From: Anthoceros angustus
Lineage: Eukaryota; Plantae; Anthocerotophyta
Length of the DNA: 64,000 bases
Reading direction: 5' to 3'
Assembly (NCBI GenBank): GCA_010909165.1
Contig: MU008189.1
Location: 62,001-126,000 of the forward strand
Shown piece after piece: positions 50,018 through 62,499 of the stretch. The position numbers were made by a program, and so were the translations under genes. Position 1 is the stretch's first letter; every line of letters begins with the position of its first letter. The notes below the pieces were generated by a model that saw nothing but the letters and a program-made list of their open reading frames with translations, made no database searches and was not told the origin of the DNA.

Positions 50018-50917
50018 ATGCCGCGCGACAGAGGATGGGCACATGGGCATAGGTCATGGACATGGAACTATGACATCGACTTGCTGACAAGCATGGACCA
50101 TGGACACCGGGAACCGGTTCCAAACCATTGCCCTGGTGGTGGGCCCCACTATAAAATGGTGGATTCGCATTTACTTTGTAAGACAAAATAACCTCTAGCG
50201 ATCCTGCGCGGCCAGCTAGTTAGGCAGTTTTGGGTCAGTGCCGTAAGCATGTCTAGAAAGTTTGTGAAGGCTGGGAGTCTTTTTTTTTTTGGCTGTAAGT
50301 GGTGATTCTCAGAGTGCTGCATGTGGGGTAGTATCCAGGCCAGCAATCAGATCACTCGTGAGACTAGACCAAGAAGAGAAGTTCGCTTGGGAAAGAAACC
50401 TCAGAAGAGGTTCTTTGGCATAAGTAAATGAGAACTTATCAGAATCAGTCAGTTGTTGGTGCAGTAGGAAGATCTCCGGGGGGGCTTTCTTTCCTACTTT
50501 TTTCAAAAAATTCTAAAAATATTTACATAGACAAAAATCCTGATTCTCCATTACGGGCTCTTCCTCTGAGGGCTAGGCCTAAATATCGGGTGGCCAGGTA
50601 CGGCCTGGCGAACCCCATGCCATTGGGGTAGCATGGCCTTTCTTCTCTTCTCATCTCCTGTCCCCTATTTCGAAACTCAGTCTGGCCCTCAAACAGAACG
50701 AGTATGCGCCAAATCTGGCCTTCAGAATCCAGCCAGAACTGTATACAATTCATGAAGGGAACAACATGTTGGTCCCACAAGTCTGTTACTCTGGTGTTGT
50801 GCATCTTGCTACTTGTTCTCTGAGATGCCAGACCCAGAGACCTGAGACAGGAGACGTGTTCGAAATGCCTCTGCAGCAGACAAGTGGTTCCAATAGACTT
50901 CGCTTGAGCAAGGACTC

Positions 50918-53713
50918 TCAGCAGGTGCTTGCAGTTTCCAGGTCGGGACAAGCTGACAACCTGGCACGCAGCCTGCTAAGTTCGTCAAATATTTTTTTCC
51001 TCTCAGGGTGGTGCGCATCTTCCACCATAAATGTGTACACGTGATTATCTACTTCCATCCATGTCCGCCCAGGCTTCTTCTTGGAGCTTAGTCTCTGCAT
51101 CATCCGCCTGATATCGAGACTTTCCTCATGCCTCTCTGCTGCAGCGTACAGGCTAGACATAAGTACATACGCAGCTGTGTTCTGTGGGTCCAGCTCGATG
51201 ATAGATTCGAATGCCAGCATCCCAAGCTCAACATCACCATACGCACGGCAGGCTCCCAGCATAGACATCCACACGATACCGTCAGCTGAGTCAGGAATTT
51301 GGTTGATCAAGTCCATGGCTGCATGCAGATGACCAGCCCGACCGAGAAGGTCAACCATGCATGCATAGTGGCCCATGTCAGGGCTCACACCATGGTCTGT
51401 GGACATGGATTGTAACAGGTTGTAGCCCTCATCGAGTGAACCCGAATGGCTGCAGGTAGCCAGCAAGCAAAGGAAGGTGATTTTGTCTGGTTGAATGCTT
51501 TCCTGCTGCATTTGTTGGAAGAGTTTGAGGGCACTGTCCGTTTGCCCATCCAATGCGTAACCTGCAAACATTGAGTTCCACGACACTAGATCTGGTGTTT
51601 GCATTTTGTCAAATACCTTCCGCGCATCCTCAATAATCCCACACTTGGAATACATGTTGATAAGTGCATTGCCCACAATTACATCAGACTCAAATCCGAG
51701 TTTAACAACCTGAGCATGGATCTGCTTTCCTTGAGCCAGGGCAGCTATGCTGGCACAAGCCTGAAGGATACAGCTGATGATCACTTTGTTGGGATATAGA
51801 CCCTGCTGTTCCATTTGATAGAAAAGGTGAAGGGCATCTTCACCATCCCCAGTCTGAGCATACCCTTTCAAGATTGAACTCCACGAGACCAAGTCCTTAG
51901 GTGACAGTCTATCAAACACCGCCCGTGCACTCTCCAGGCTCCCGCAGGTAGTATACATATCAATCAGAGCACTGCCAACGAAACTGTCCGCCTCCAGACC
52001 AAGTTCAGTGACATATCGGTCCAAGAGCCTACCCTGATCTAACGCTCCTAAGCTGGTACATATTTTAAGAATACTGACAACAGTGATTTTATCAGGTTGC
52101 ATACCTTCGCATTGCATTTGATAGAATAATTGGAAAGCCTCCTTGCTCCCATTGAGCCTAGCACATGCTGCTATCATTGCAGTATAAGAAAACCTATCTT
52201 TTGTTGCCAATCTCTCATACACTGCACGAGCAAGCAACAGACTTCCGCAGTTGGCATACATGTCAATCAGGATGCTGCCGATGGCCGCATTGGCTTCAAT
52301 GTCACTATTTTCCAACCTGATATGAATAAGCTGGCCATGTTCCAGGGCTGCTAGGTTGGCACAGGCTCCTAAGACGCTCACAAATGTAGCCATGTCTGGG
52401 CTCGTTCCCTCCCTCTGCATTTGCCAAAACAGATCCAAGGCATCTCGCCCATGTTCTTGCTGAACATATCCTGCAACCATAGCGTTCCATGAAACCTGAT
52501 CCTTACTTGAAATGGCATCGAATGCATTGCGAGCATCCTCAATGTTTCCACACCTCGCATACATATTGACAAGGGTGCTGCCAATAAACGAATCCGACTG
52601 GAAGCCATGTTCTATAATCTGAGAATGGACCTGCTTACCGTTTTGCAGGGCTCCGATCCCTGTACACGCTTTCAAGGCATTGACAAACGTCACTTTGTCG
52701 GGAAGCAAGCCGTGCTGTTGCATCTGCTCAAACAGAAGGATTGCTTCTTGCCCGTGACCATGATGGGCATATGCAGCTATGATAGTTGCCCACGACACCA
52801 CATTCCTTGCTGATAGTTTGTCAAACACTCTGCGAGCATCATCAAGGCTCCCACATTTAGCATACATGTGAATGAGAGTGTTCCCAACAAAGACATTGGA
52901 CTCAAAACCACTTCTGACGACATGAGCATGGATCAGCTGGCCCTGAGACACTGCTGCTATGCTGGCACATGCCTTGAGAGCACTGACAAAAACATAGTCA
53001 TTCGGTGGCACACCTGAATCTTGCATTCGATGATAGAGTTGAATTGCCTGCTCACATCTTCCAAGCTTGGCATGCGCTCCGATGATGGTAGCCCATGCAA
53101 ACACATCTGGCGCAGGAAGTTGACAGAATACTGCGTTTGCTGCTGCCAAACTTCCACATACAGCAAACATCTGGATCAGCTGGTTGGCCAGAAAAACACT
53201 ACTCCCAAACCCACACTTCACGACAAGCGCTTGTGTATGTATTCCAGCTGCCAGATCTTTCTTGCTGGAGCAACACTGCAGAAGACAATACAGCAGGTTG
53301 GCGGTGACATTAGCCCCTCGCTGATGCATAATGTCCATAGCGTATATTGCGTCAGCAAGTTGCCCCTGCCGACACAGTTCGACCACATAGCTGGATGCCT
53401 GTAACGAGTTCATCTCCATCATCAGGCGTGAATCAGTGGAGGGGAGATCACTGTTCCCCCTTTGCCAAAATTCAGAATACCAACTATGCACGAATGGTTC
53501 GGCAGAGAGACTGCAGTACACTCGGTGTCCTTGCCGGTCTCTGTCCCTTGGTTCCAAAGCGTTCACTATAGGCCCCACCCGCGGAGCATCCAACTGTCTG
53601 CCAGCCATCAAGGCGACAATTCTCCTACTCCGCAATAAAGTCGCAAAACTGGAAGTCATCTCATATGTCTGCGTGTGTAGTGCCCCTCCACTCCCCTCCT
53701 GCTGCTGACCCAC
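50918..53713 (-). CDS. PLS-class PPR protein, E+ subclass
   Basis: Long P-L-S array with E1/E2, then KKKPGRTWMEVDNHVYTF..HPE followed by a stop, with no HxE or CxxC. The first ATG is at 53659; the ORF track starts at a GTG. Confidence 0.92.
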   Translation of the reverse strand: MGQQQEGSGGALHTQTYEMTSSFATLLRSRRIVALMAGRQLDAPRVGPIVNALEPRDRDRQGHRVYCSLSAEPFVHSWYSEFWQRGNSDLPSTDSRLMMEMNSLQASSYVVELCRQGQLADAIYAMDIMHQRGANVTANLLYCLLQCCSSKKDLAAGIHTQALVVKCGFGSSVFLANQLIQMFAVCGSLAAANAVFCQLPAPDVFAWATIIGAHAKLGRCEQAIQLYHRMQDSGVPPNDYVFVSALKACASIAAVSQGQLIHAHVVRSGFESNVFVGNTLIHMYAKCGSLDDARRVFDKLSARNVVSWATIIAAYAHHGHGQEAILLFEQMQQHGLLPDKVTFVNALKACTGIGALQNGKQVHSQIIEHGFQSDSFIGSTLVNMYARCGNIEDARNAFDAISSKDQVSWNAMVAGYVQQEHGRDALDLFWQMQREGTSPDMATFVSVLGACANLAALEHGQLIHIRLENSDIEANAAIGSILIDMYANCGSLLLARAVYERLATKDRFSYTAMIAACARLNGSKEAFQLFYQMQCEGMQPDKITVVSILKICTSLGALDQGRLLDRYVTELGLEADSFVGSALIDMYTTCGSLESARAVFDRLSPKDLVSWSSILKGYAQTGDGEDALHLFYQMEQQGLYPNKVIISCILQACASIAALAQGKQIHAQVVKLGFESDVIVGNALINMYSKCGIIEDARKVFDKMQTPDLVSWNSMFAGYALDGQTDSALKLFQQMQQESIQPDKITFLCLLATCSHSGSLDEGYNLLQSMSTDHGVSPDMGHYACMVDLLGRAGHLHAAMDLINQIPDSADGIVWMSMLGACRAYGDVELGMLAFESIIELDPQNTAAYVLMSSLYAAAERHEESLDIRRMMQRLSSKKKPGRTWMEVDNHVYTFMVEDAHHPERKKIFDELSRLRARLSACPDLETASTC

Positions 53714-53860
53714 GAAATGGACAGATCCACAGTCATCTTGTAGCGCTGCAAGAGAGTGTCTCTAGTCGAATCGTATCAGACCTGTAATCGTCAAGGTGAT
53801 CCCGGACAAAGTCTCCTGCCAAAATAAGAAGTGGAAGAGTCTGAATGTCCAGAGCGTCAA

Positions 53861-53869
53861 AACCCTAAT
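53861..53869 (+). promoter_or_regulatory. Telo-box (AAACCCTAA) in the divergent PPR/MO25 intergenic region
   Basis: Exact motif located between two head-to-head genes. Function is inferred only. Confidence 0.4.
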
Positions 53870-54272
53870 CGAGAACGGATGCTTCAAGACCAGCAGTTGC
53901 TTTGATGAGGAGCAATCAGTCAGCTGGAACACGACAGTAACTCATCACGAATCGTTTGTCTCAACAATCCCTGCACAATGTTTCGGCTGCCTTTCATGGA
54001 CGGAGCCTCTGATAAGACTGTTGCGTGATCGCCTTGCATTCCAGAGGGTAAACCGGAGAAGGTTGTGGGTGGGTGAAGACTTGGATCTGGCGAGTTGGGC
54101 TTGAGCTGGAGCTGCAGCTGAGAGACAGGGATCATGGAGTGCACTTACTTCGAGGAATGAAGATTTATGCTGCCTCGGTAATGTGCTGCAGCCTGCAATA
54201 GATATCATGCCTGTTCCGGATCTACATGCTCAGTGGAGCACAATTGCGTCAGGTTGCTATCTGTAGAGGGCC

Positions 54273-55319
54273 ATGTCTTTCTCATTCTTCAAGCAATTCA
54301 AGTTGAAGTCGCCACAGGATTTGGTGAGGGTGACCAAGGATGCGCTGCTGGCCCTTGACTCGAAAACCGTTTCTGATGTCCGCCTCCTGGACAAGGCTCT
54401 GGAGGAGGTGGACAAGAATCTGCTGGCAATGAAGCATATGCTTGTTGGCGAAGGTGATGTGGATCCAAATTCCGAGCAGGTTGCGCAGCTCACTGTTGAG
54501 GTGTGCAAGGATGATTTCCTGGAGCTCTTGGTCCAGAAGATGCCGACGCTTGGCTGGGAGGCAAGGAAAGACGCGGTGCACATTTGGTGCACTCTGTTGA
54601 GGCAGAAGGTTGGATCCACGAACTGCGGACTGGAATATGTGCAAGCTCACCCTGAGTTGCTTGACTTTCTTGTGTCATGCTACGAGAGCAAGGACATCGC
54701 ACTGAATTGTGGCAACATGCTAAGAGAGTGTGCAAGGTATCCTGGTCTGGCCAAGTATATGTTGGAGTCTGCCAGCTTTGAACTCTTCTTCAAGTATGTG
54801 GAGCTGCCAAATTTCGACATTGCGTCTGACGCATTCACCACTTTGAAGGAGCTGCTTACCAGGCACGATACTGTTGTCTTTGAGTTTCTCCAGACGCATT
54901 ATAGGCACTTTTTTGAGTTGTATGACAGGCTTCTCAGCTCGACCAACTATGTCACACGGAGGCAATCCCTCAAGCTTTTAGGGCAGTTCCTGTTAGAGCG
55001 GCCGAATGCTCCCATTATGATGCAGTATATTTCTGAGGTGCGCAACCTGAGGATGATGATGATATTGATTAAGGATCCTAGCAAGAACATTCAATCCTCA
55101 GCGTTTCATGTATTCAAGGTGTTTGTCGCTAATCCCAACAAGTCCCAAGAAATCGTTGATTTGCTCGTGAAGAACCGGGACAAGTTGTTGAGGTTTCTGG
55201 AGAACTTTCATCTTGACAAGGAGGATGACCAGTTTGTGGAAGAGAAAGATCTCCTTATCAGAGAGCTTGAAGCGTTGCGAGAGCCTTCCATGTCAAGTGG
55301 ATTCTCTAAGAAGCGATAG
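54273..55319 (+). CDS. MO25: MO25/CAB39 family kinase scaffold, intronless CDS
   Basis: 348-aa ORF: MSFSFFK..., LGWEARKD, CGNMLREC, LPNFDIASDAF, NYVTRRQSLKLL and AFHVFKVFVANPNK. Confidence 0.95.
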   Translation: MSFSFFKQFKLKSPQDLVRVTKDALLALDSKTVSDVRLLDKALEEVDKNLLAMKHMLVGEGDVDPNSEQVAQLTVEVCKDDFLELLVQKMPTLGWEARKDAVHIWCTLLRQKVGSTNCGLEYVQAHPELLDFLVSCYESKDIALNCGNMLRECARYPGLAKYMLESASFELFFKYVELPNFDIASDAFTTLKELLTRHDTVVFEFLQTHYRHFFELYDRLLSSTNYVTRRQSLKLLGQFLLERPNAPIMMQYISEVRNLRMMMILIKDPSKNIQSSAFHVFKVFVANPNKSQEIVDLLVKNRDKLLRFLENFHLDKEDDQFVEEKDLLIRELEALREPSMSSGFSKKR

Positions 55320-56299
55320 GTGGCAGTGGAATGTGTGTATACCAAGCATGTTATAATTTGCCGATTGGTGGAGGCCTCCAAGACTGGCTTTCACACACAA
55401 CCAGCAGCAGATTGGATTCCTCAAGAGTTTACCTTCTCTGCCTGCGCTCGGAGGATTTCATGGTTTCTCTTGTGCGTCTGCAGGAGTACCGTATTCTTCA
55501 TCGGAAGACAATCACAGAAAAAGAAATGATTCGTGAAGAAGGTATCCATGGTGTGGCACATAACTTCATTACATTTACTACATAGTCTACCTTGTTGAGT
55601 CTCTCGGTATTTAGGGCCGGCGGGTTTTGAAAGGCTCAAATTTTAATATGAATATCTAAGTATTATCAAGAACATAGTAAGTAGGTCAATATATTTGAGA
55701 AAACAATTGGTGACTGTGTTGTCCGGATGTATGTTCCCAGGAATCATCCTGCGGCTGCCGGCAGCGGTTTGGCCTCTCTGCTTGGCCATGCATCTCACTC
55801 TGTTGCATCTAACCACCATGTAGCATGTGGGAATGGAATCACGAAGCAGATCTCATACTGCTTCGGCCCTGCTTGGGAGCCAGAAACATCCACCGTCCTG
55901 CTCCTAAAACTCTTGACGTCCGTAAGCAAGGCAAGAGCAGCTGCCTGATTTAGGGTTTTATCATACACAAACAACTGCCTTCCTAGCTGTGTACTCCTCC
56001 GGAAGAGGCAGAGTTTAGAGGAAAGCTGAAGACGGTTCCTCCTCTGCAGTGTTCAGGGCATAACAACATCACCATTGTTGACCATCATGGCTTCGTTCTC
56101 TTTGGATGGGAGCTACTCCAACGTTTGGCTTTTCCTCTTTGGATAAGCTGTGATGTATGTTCCCCACTGCAGCATTTGATTGCAGTACATCAATGGCTGA
56201 AAGCTTTTCACCTCATGCCGTTTTTTTTGACGAGGAATCCAGGAACTGTTGGATATGATGAGATGGAGAGTTTCAAGCCGCATTGCCTAGTCTAGTATT

Positions 56300-56930
56300 T
56301 CCACCGGTCCGTATTTCCACCGGCCCAGGGTTTCTTCTGGACACTTCGTCTCAATCCACGTACTCAAGGCCAGATCGTTGAGGACTTTGAAAGACCCCAT
56401 AGTTCACTAGGACACTGCCAGATCATGAAGGACACTTTCCTGGGAATGTTACCTGCAGACGGCTAGCTGATTGTGGCTTATATCCATGTACTCTAAGGAG
56501 CGCAGCTCACCAGAACTCCCTGAAATGGACCCCTCAAACATGTTGTGAGAAAGGTAAGTATTCTTAAGCCAACCAGAGCACCAACATCCAGTGGGATGCT
56601 GCCCACGATCTGGTTAGAAGATTGTGTTTGCCTGGAGGATAAACTCGAACGTCAGCGGTTGTGCAGCAGTGATAGGAACTTCTTGACAGAGAGTTTGCTG
56701 TGAGTCCAGTGATCAGTGAGTTTGCTGTGGTTGCTCCTGAGGAGGCTCAAAACGCGCAGACCCACAGGCTGCTCAAGTTGATCATGAGGAATGCTCCCTG
56801 ACAACTTGTTGTCTTGGAAGTCGATGAGAAGGAGGCTGGGACAGTGGCGCAAACTGGATGGTATAGAATGGTCCATTCAAAGCGTTTCCTCGCAGGATCA
56901 AGGTACGCAAACTGGTGACGCTGATACACC
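56300..56930 (-). pseudogene. LRR receptor-like gene fragments
   Basis: [40 protein letters not shown] and LRSLEYMDISHNQL fit the plant LRR consensus but are broken by frameshifts. Confidence 0.7.
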
Positions 56931-57680
56931 AGTGATTGCTGTTCCCCTGCGTATAGAAGCAAACATCATACAATTTGAACCCCGATTACCTGAGTGGAAA
57001 CAGTCAGCCGTTGAGGACTTGGGAGTTGGGAACGAGAATAAGATAGCTGTGTACTTTGAGACTGTTTGCAGGCCGAGTGTGGAGTTACTTGGGGTGGTTG
57101 CCCCTACTTCATATGGGTGCAGCTACTTCTTGAACCTGCATAGGGCCACAGGGCACCCTGTCCTTGTGTACATGCCAGCTGGGCGTTTGGCAAACGACAT
57201 TGAGAAACTTTCAGATGAGGCTGCGGCGAGCTTTGCAGTGTTGCAACTGAAGAGCATTTCACCTGATGTGTCTGAGCCTGTGAGCTTTTTTTTGATCCTA
57301 GTGGCTCGAATCTGGTCGTATTCTGTGATGTTTTGTGTCTGAGCTCACACCAGACGGTTGGATATTTCACAGATACGCTATCTTGTCTCGCATTGGGGTT
57401 CGGATCTGAGTTCAAAGGGCTGCTAGGGTTATGATGTTGTTCGGAAGCCCCATGATTGTATGACAGACTTCGTGCACCTGTAGAAAATCTCTAATCAGCA
57501 GGCAAAGCAACCAGTCGAACATTTCCTGGCAGTGCATGGTGCGTTCTCAACAGGGGTGATGGCTGCTGAGGACTGGCAGAAGCTATTTACACACCACTAT
57601 AGGGAACTGGAGCTCTTTCAACCTGGCATGGCAGAAGATATCGCAAACGAATCGATACCTTTGCAAATTTCACCGTGGTT
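56930..57680 (+). pseudogene. Polyamine oxidase (PAO2/3/4-like) 3' fragment
   Basis: [44 protein letters not shown], then an intron and VHGAFSTGVMAAED..IPLQIS. It has in-frame stops and frameshifts and lacks the N-terminal FAD-binding half. Confidence 0.85.
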
Positions 57681-58302
57681 GCGCATGGATTGTCCTGGCT
57701 CATGTCGCATAAAGTTGGTGCATGGTAAGCACCGTCCAAGGTTGCCCAATGCTCTTATACGATTGTAAATATATATTTATTATATATGTATATATAATAT
57801 AAAATACATACATAAATATATAATACATAATATATAATGTCCGCGATCATCATCGTCCAGTCTATGAATTCGTGGAATTTGGGAAGTTGGGCGGCATGGT
57901 ATGCGGAGGAGAGTTAAAGCATCCACGCGTGATGAAAGTACAGCGAGTAACAACCTATGGTTGCCTAGCTTGGGACCATAACAACTTCTATGTAATGCTG
58001 TAATGGTTATGTTTGGTAAAACCTATTCCCAACTCTATGGCCTTATAGGGACACCTATTATAAATGTTGCTAATTATTTGTATCCTTTGGTTACTCCAAA
58101 TTAAACTCCAGTTGTTAGTGCCCTTTGAGTTACTCCAAATTAAACTCCCTTTTCAGGACTTCGTTGTATACTTTGTAATATTTATGTAAAGTCTCTAAAT
58201 TTTTTAAAATATATATATAAAAAAATCTCCTCTCTACAAATATAAATATTACAAAGTCTCCAAATTCTCTAAAAACTGTTGGCATTCCATATACATGCAT
58301 GC

Positions 58303-58517
58303 AAGAAGAAAAAAAAAGAATTTTATTTAAGTCCACTAAGGACGAATTTCGGTCATGGGACTTGGTACTTAACAACTTGTACCATGATGTGCTTAAGCTA
58401 CTTGCACCAAGGGCATCCACTCCTTTAGACACCCCATCTAAGTACCGATCTAAGCTCAGGATGCTTAATCACGGCGTTGTTATAAATGTGTGTCCATTTG
58501 GACTAAGCCATTTGGAC
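58303..58517 (-). mobile_element. SINE-like repeat copy (same family as 49790-50017)
   Basis: Reverse-complement homology, including the 3' stem-loop, AATAAA and a T/C-rich tail. Confidence 0.65.
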
Positions 58518-58639
58518 CAGAGGTGTGACGAGTGACCTGCTGTGCCGCTCCCAGCGGCGATTAGGGCTCGGAGTCCAGCGGCGGTGTTGAATCGCTTTAT
58601 TTGGTAAATTTGGTGGCATTTTCATATTTCTGTCACGCC

Positions 58640-59480
58640 TCTTGAGATTGAACTGGGAGATGTCACATCTCTTGAAATTGAGTTGGGAGATGCCGGGGAG
58701 CGCCACGCAGCCTAGCCTGAGCCTCACGACAAGTGGACTGAGGTCCGTTAGCTCATGGCAAACGATGACTTCCATCAGAAGCGCGTTGCAGGTGGAAGCA
58801 AGGGGGAATGTGTACAGAAGGAGGGAATATGTGCAGAAGGATGTGAAGAAATTCCAGTCTCTCGTGTAGCTCGGAGCCGACCCCTGGAGCTGTATAATCT
58901 AGTGCGATCCGGACATCTTGACAAATCCTTTTGCACTCGGTGCTTGGCGACAAGATTACCGAAGCCTCCAGGCACAGGAAGGAGAGTTTCCTGAGTCCCC
59001 GAGAGCTCCAGAAGACACAGACGGGAAGAGCCAAGAGAATGTAGACCTCGTGACGGCAGTGATGGAACCTCAGGAAATCGGTGGAGGATGCAAGAGGCGG
59101 ACCGACAGACAGCAGCCGCCCTTCGTCAGTGCAACCTCCAGCAGACAGCAGCCGCCCTTGGTCAGTGCTACCTCCAGCAGACAGCAGCCGCGCTTGCGGA
59201 AGACGCGAGATTCAGGAGAACGGCATTGAGTACCTTCAGTACTAGAAGAGAGGAATTGAAGTTCAAGTTGCGGGCGAACAAGGCCCGAGGCGATTGTGGC
59301 TCGAGGAAGCTTGAAACCGGGATCTGGCTGCCATGAAAGACCAGGTAGCTGCCTTAAAGTGATTACCGGAAGCAAAGATTGGAGTTGATCCAAGACGGGA
59401 TGCTGTGCGTGAGACGGCGACGCCAGGACAGATTTCAGCTCGAAGAGGCTCGAAACCGGGAATTGGCTGCCATGGAGGAG
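58640..59480 (+). mobile_element. Probable retroelement gag-region remnant with 33-bp tandem repeats
   Basis: Broken ORFs, (RQQPPLVSATSS)-like repeats at 59105-59190, and a duplicated gctcga..gaaaccggg..tggctgccatg segment. Confidence 0.35.
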
Positions 59481-59910
59481 CAGTTATCAGTGAGCACGTT
59501 CAATCAGTTTGCGGAACGTGGATGCGGGAAATAATCACGTCCATGGCCTGTAGCTCAGTAAGCTTAAGACTCTGCTTGTGGAGCAAAGCACACTGGTTGA
59601 TATCAACCCTAAACCGGTTAAACTGGTTTTGTTCCTTCACCAGGTTGAGAGTCTCGTAGTATGACATACTCTGTAGTTCAGGAGCTTTTGGAGGTAGCGT
59701 ACGTTGCTGTCGGCTGGGAAGAACTTCTTTTGATTCGATTAGGAAGCTATGTGATTAGGCTTGCTGGAATTTTGATGCTCTACAGCATCGCGCTCGAAAT
59801 TGAAGGATTCTTTTGTCTTAGTGCAATCTGTTCTTGGTGGCATGTTGTGATACGCCTTTTTCCCTCGTCTATTGGAGTGGGTTAGTGTGCCGCAGTTGCA
59901 GGCTGCCGAG

Positions 59911-62499
59911 ATGGGTCTGGCCGCGTTGAGCTTTGTATTGCTCTTGCTCCGCACCGGGTTCGCTGCTGATGTCCATGGCAGCAGGAAGGGCGAGATGATG
60001 CCGCTGAATGATGGTCCTCCAGGCGTGGCATGGGTGGTGCAGGTGTCGGATCTGCATGTCAGTGCCTTTAAACCGGAGAGGGCCCAAGCGCTGAGGATGA
60101 TGCTGGGGCAGGTTCTTGCCATGATCAAGCCTTCGCTGGTGCTCATCACGGGCGATTTGATAGGTGGGTTTGATTTGTTGGGTCCGCTGCCGTCTTTGAG
60201 TTTTGCAGCACGGCAGCACCTGGTTTAGGGCATGGGAGAAAGAAGGTCGTCTGATTTTTGTTCCGTCGTGTTGGAGTCAGATGCAAAGAATAGGGCAAGC
60301 ACATCGTCAAGGCAGGATGAAGCCGAGTGGGTTGAATATAAGAGCTCTATGGAGGCCGCGCTGAAGGACAGCGGGCTGCCGGTGGATTCCTTTTGGGATA
60401 TACGTGGTAACCATGATACATATGGAGTACCATATGCTGGCAGCCCGTTGGACTACTTTCCCCGTTACAGCTTTAGTGGACCTCTTGGCCGGAACAGATC
60501 TGTGCACAGCCTTACGCTTTTGGTATGAACAGCAAGTCCGCTTGATGCAGTGAGAGATGTGAATGCGATTTGTGACACTGTCAGTTATGGTTTCATGGAT
60601 AAAGATAGGTAGAGTGGTGACTTTTTTAAGTCTGAAGAAGAGCAGAGGTGGTTGACGTTTGTTTGATGCTTGTGAAGGGCAAGAGCGGATGGAGGCATCT
60701 TTTTGTTGGATTGGATCAGTCCATGCAAATAGGACTCCGGGGACCAACAAATCTGTTTGGGCACCCAGATGATGAGAGCTTGGCAGAGCTGGACGAGGCA
60801 TTGGGTCAATGGGATAACATCACATCAGGGAGGATAACGAAGCACGTGTTTGGACATTTTCCTATGTCATTCACGGCTGGCACTCAAGCTGGGAAGCGTG
60901 TCGAGGAGACGTTGGCAAAGCATGGGGTCTCGGCTTATGTATGTGGACATTTGCATGCAAAATTTGGAAAGCACATATATAGGCACCATCAGCTATTGCT
61001 GCCAGATATGACAAGCGCTCCTGCTGACTTTTGGGAATGGGAGATGGGTGATTGGAGGATGAGCAGAATTGTACGCATCATTGCCATAGATGAGGGTCGG
61101 ACTGCTTTCACGGATTTCAGACTCTACGCAGGCAAAAACTTTTCTGATGCTCAAAACCTCAGGGTGCCTACAGTTATTGTCCCAACATTCCCCTTGGATT
61201 CTCGGTTCATGTTAAGCAAAGCTTCGACTGGATCTTTGGCACCACATCGTTCCATCAGAGCTCTTATATTCTCCCCTGAGCCTGAGGTCTCTGTATCCGT
61301 CAAGATCTTGGACAAGTCAGGAGGGCCAGACAAGATACTTTATGAGCAATCCATGCATCTGGTATCAGAGTACTTGGGTGCAAGAGGGCCTCTGTTCGAA
61401 GCACCATGGGAACCAGAGAAGTACCTGGATCCTTCACCTACCCGCTATTGGCTGGAGGTGACTGTGACCAGCTCCTCCAATTTGGTTTTGGCAACTGAGA
61501 GCAGGCCATTTTCTGTGAACAACAACGATGCTGGTTATCGTTACACATGGATGGAATTTCTAGTTATGGGGTTTGAGTGGGATAGCTTCATGAGATCTCT
61601 TCTTTACTTAAACTTGTCAATCATGTTGTTTATCATTCTTTTGCTTCCAAAGATTATGTGTGCTTGGACGAAAAGAGCTGGGGTTTATGAGAAGCTAGTG
61701 CCCAACCTCAACAAGGACTCCTGTATGTCAAGTCTTATCAGGTTACCTCTGTGGGTCTTGATGGAAGGTGCGCAGAACTCAACTCTATGGTGGAGCGAGC
61801 TTATTGTTTTGGTGTACCTATTGTTTTGCCCATGGTTTTGGGGCCTTCCCCTTGCAGAGGGATACCCTGTGGGAAGCTTCTTCTTGTGGGGATGGACTCT
61901 TAAGCCATCGCAAACTAGTTCAGTAATCAGAAATGTAGGGGTGCCTGACAACATGAATGTAGTGCTTCCATTCCTCTACACTGTGTTATTTCCATTGTTC
62001 CTACTTGGAGCAGCACTATCTGCTGAACGCGCAGCCTGTGAGACAATGTCAAGAGTTTCTGAACAGCGGAGCAATGAGATTCGGACAACCTCAAGCAGTG
62101 TGGGTGTGGTTAAGGTGAGTGGTAGGGCGAACATTGAGGGAACCCTAAGGCCTTCTGTATCAGGGGCTTGTCCAGAAGATGCTTTACTTGAGAAGGAGGC
62201 CAGCGCGGTGGCCGTTAGAAAGATTGATCGGTGCCCCAAGAGGGTAACCAGGGTGCTACTTATCATTGGGTGCCTGCTTGTCGGCTACCTACATCTGCGA
62301 GTAAGGGGGTACTTCCACATCTCCTTTGTCAGATGCAAACATTGGATACTTCTAACCCTTTTGTTCTTGTGTGCAGTGGTGTGCTCGAATGGTATCATCA
62401 TATGGGCCTTTGGCAGCTCTTGTTTCCCCTGGCATGGCGTGGTCTGTCCCAGTGTTGTTGATAATAGCAGTTTGTGAGACATCAGCCTTGAGGATTTAG
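59911..62499 (+). CDS. Calcineurin-like metallophosphoesterase with C-terminal TM segments (TMEM62/At3g03305-like)
   Basis: Signal peptide, then SDLH, TGDL, RGNHD, FGHFP and CGHLH. Exons ~59911-60163, 60281-60522, 60678-62300 and 62377-62499. Confidence 0.9.

Noticed and set aside
57766-57838. AT-rich stretch
   Set aside because: Simple degenerate (AT)n low-complexity sequence.
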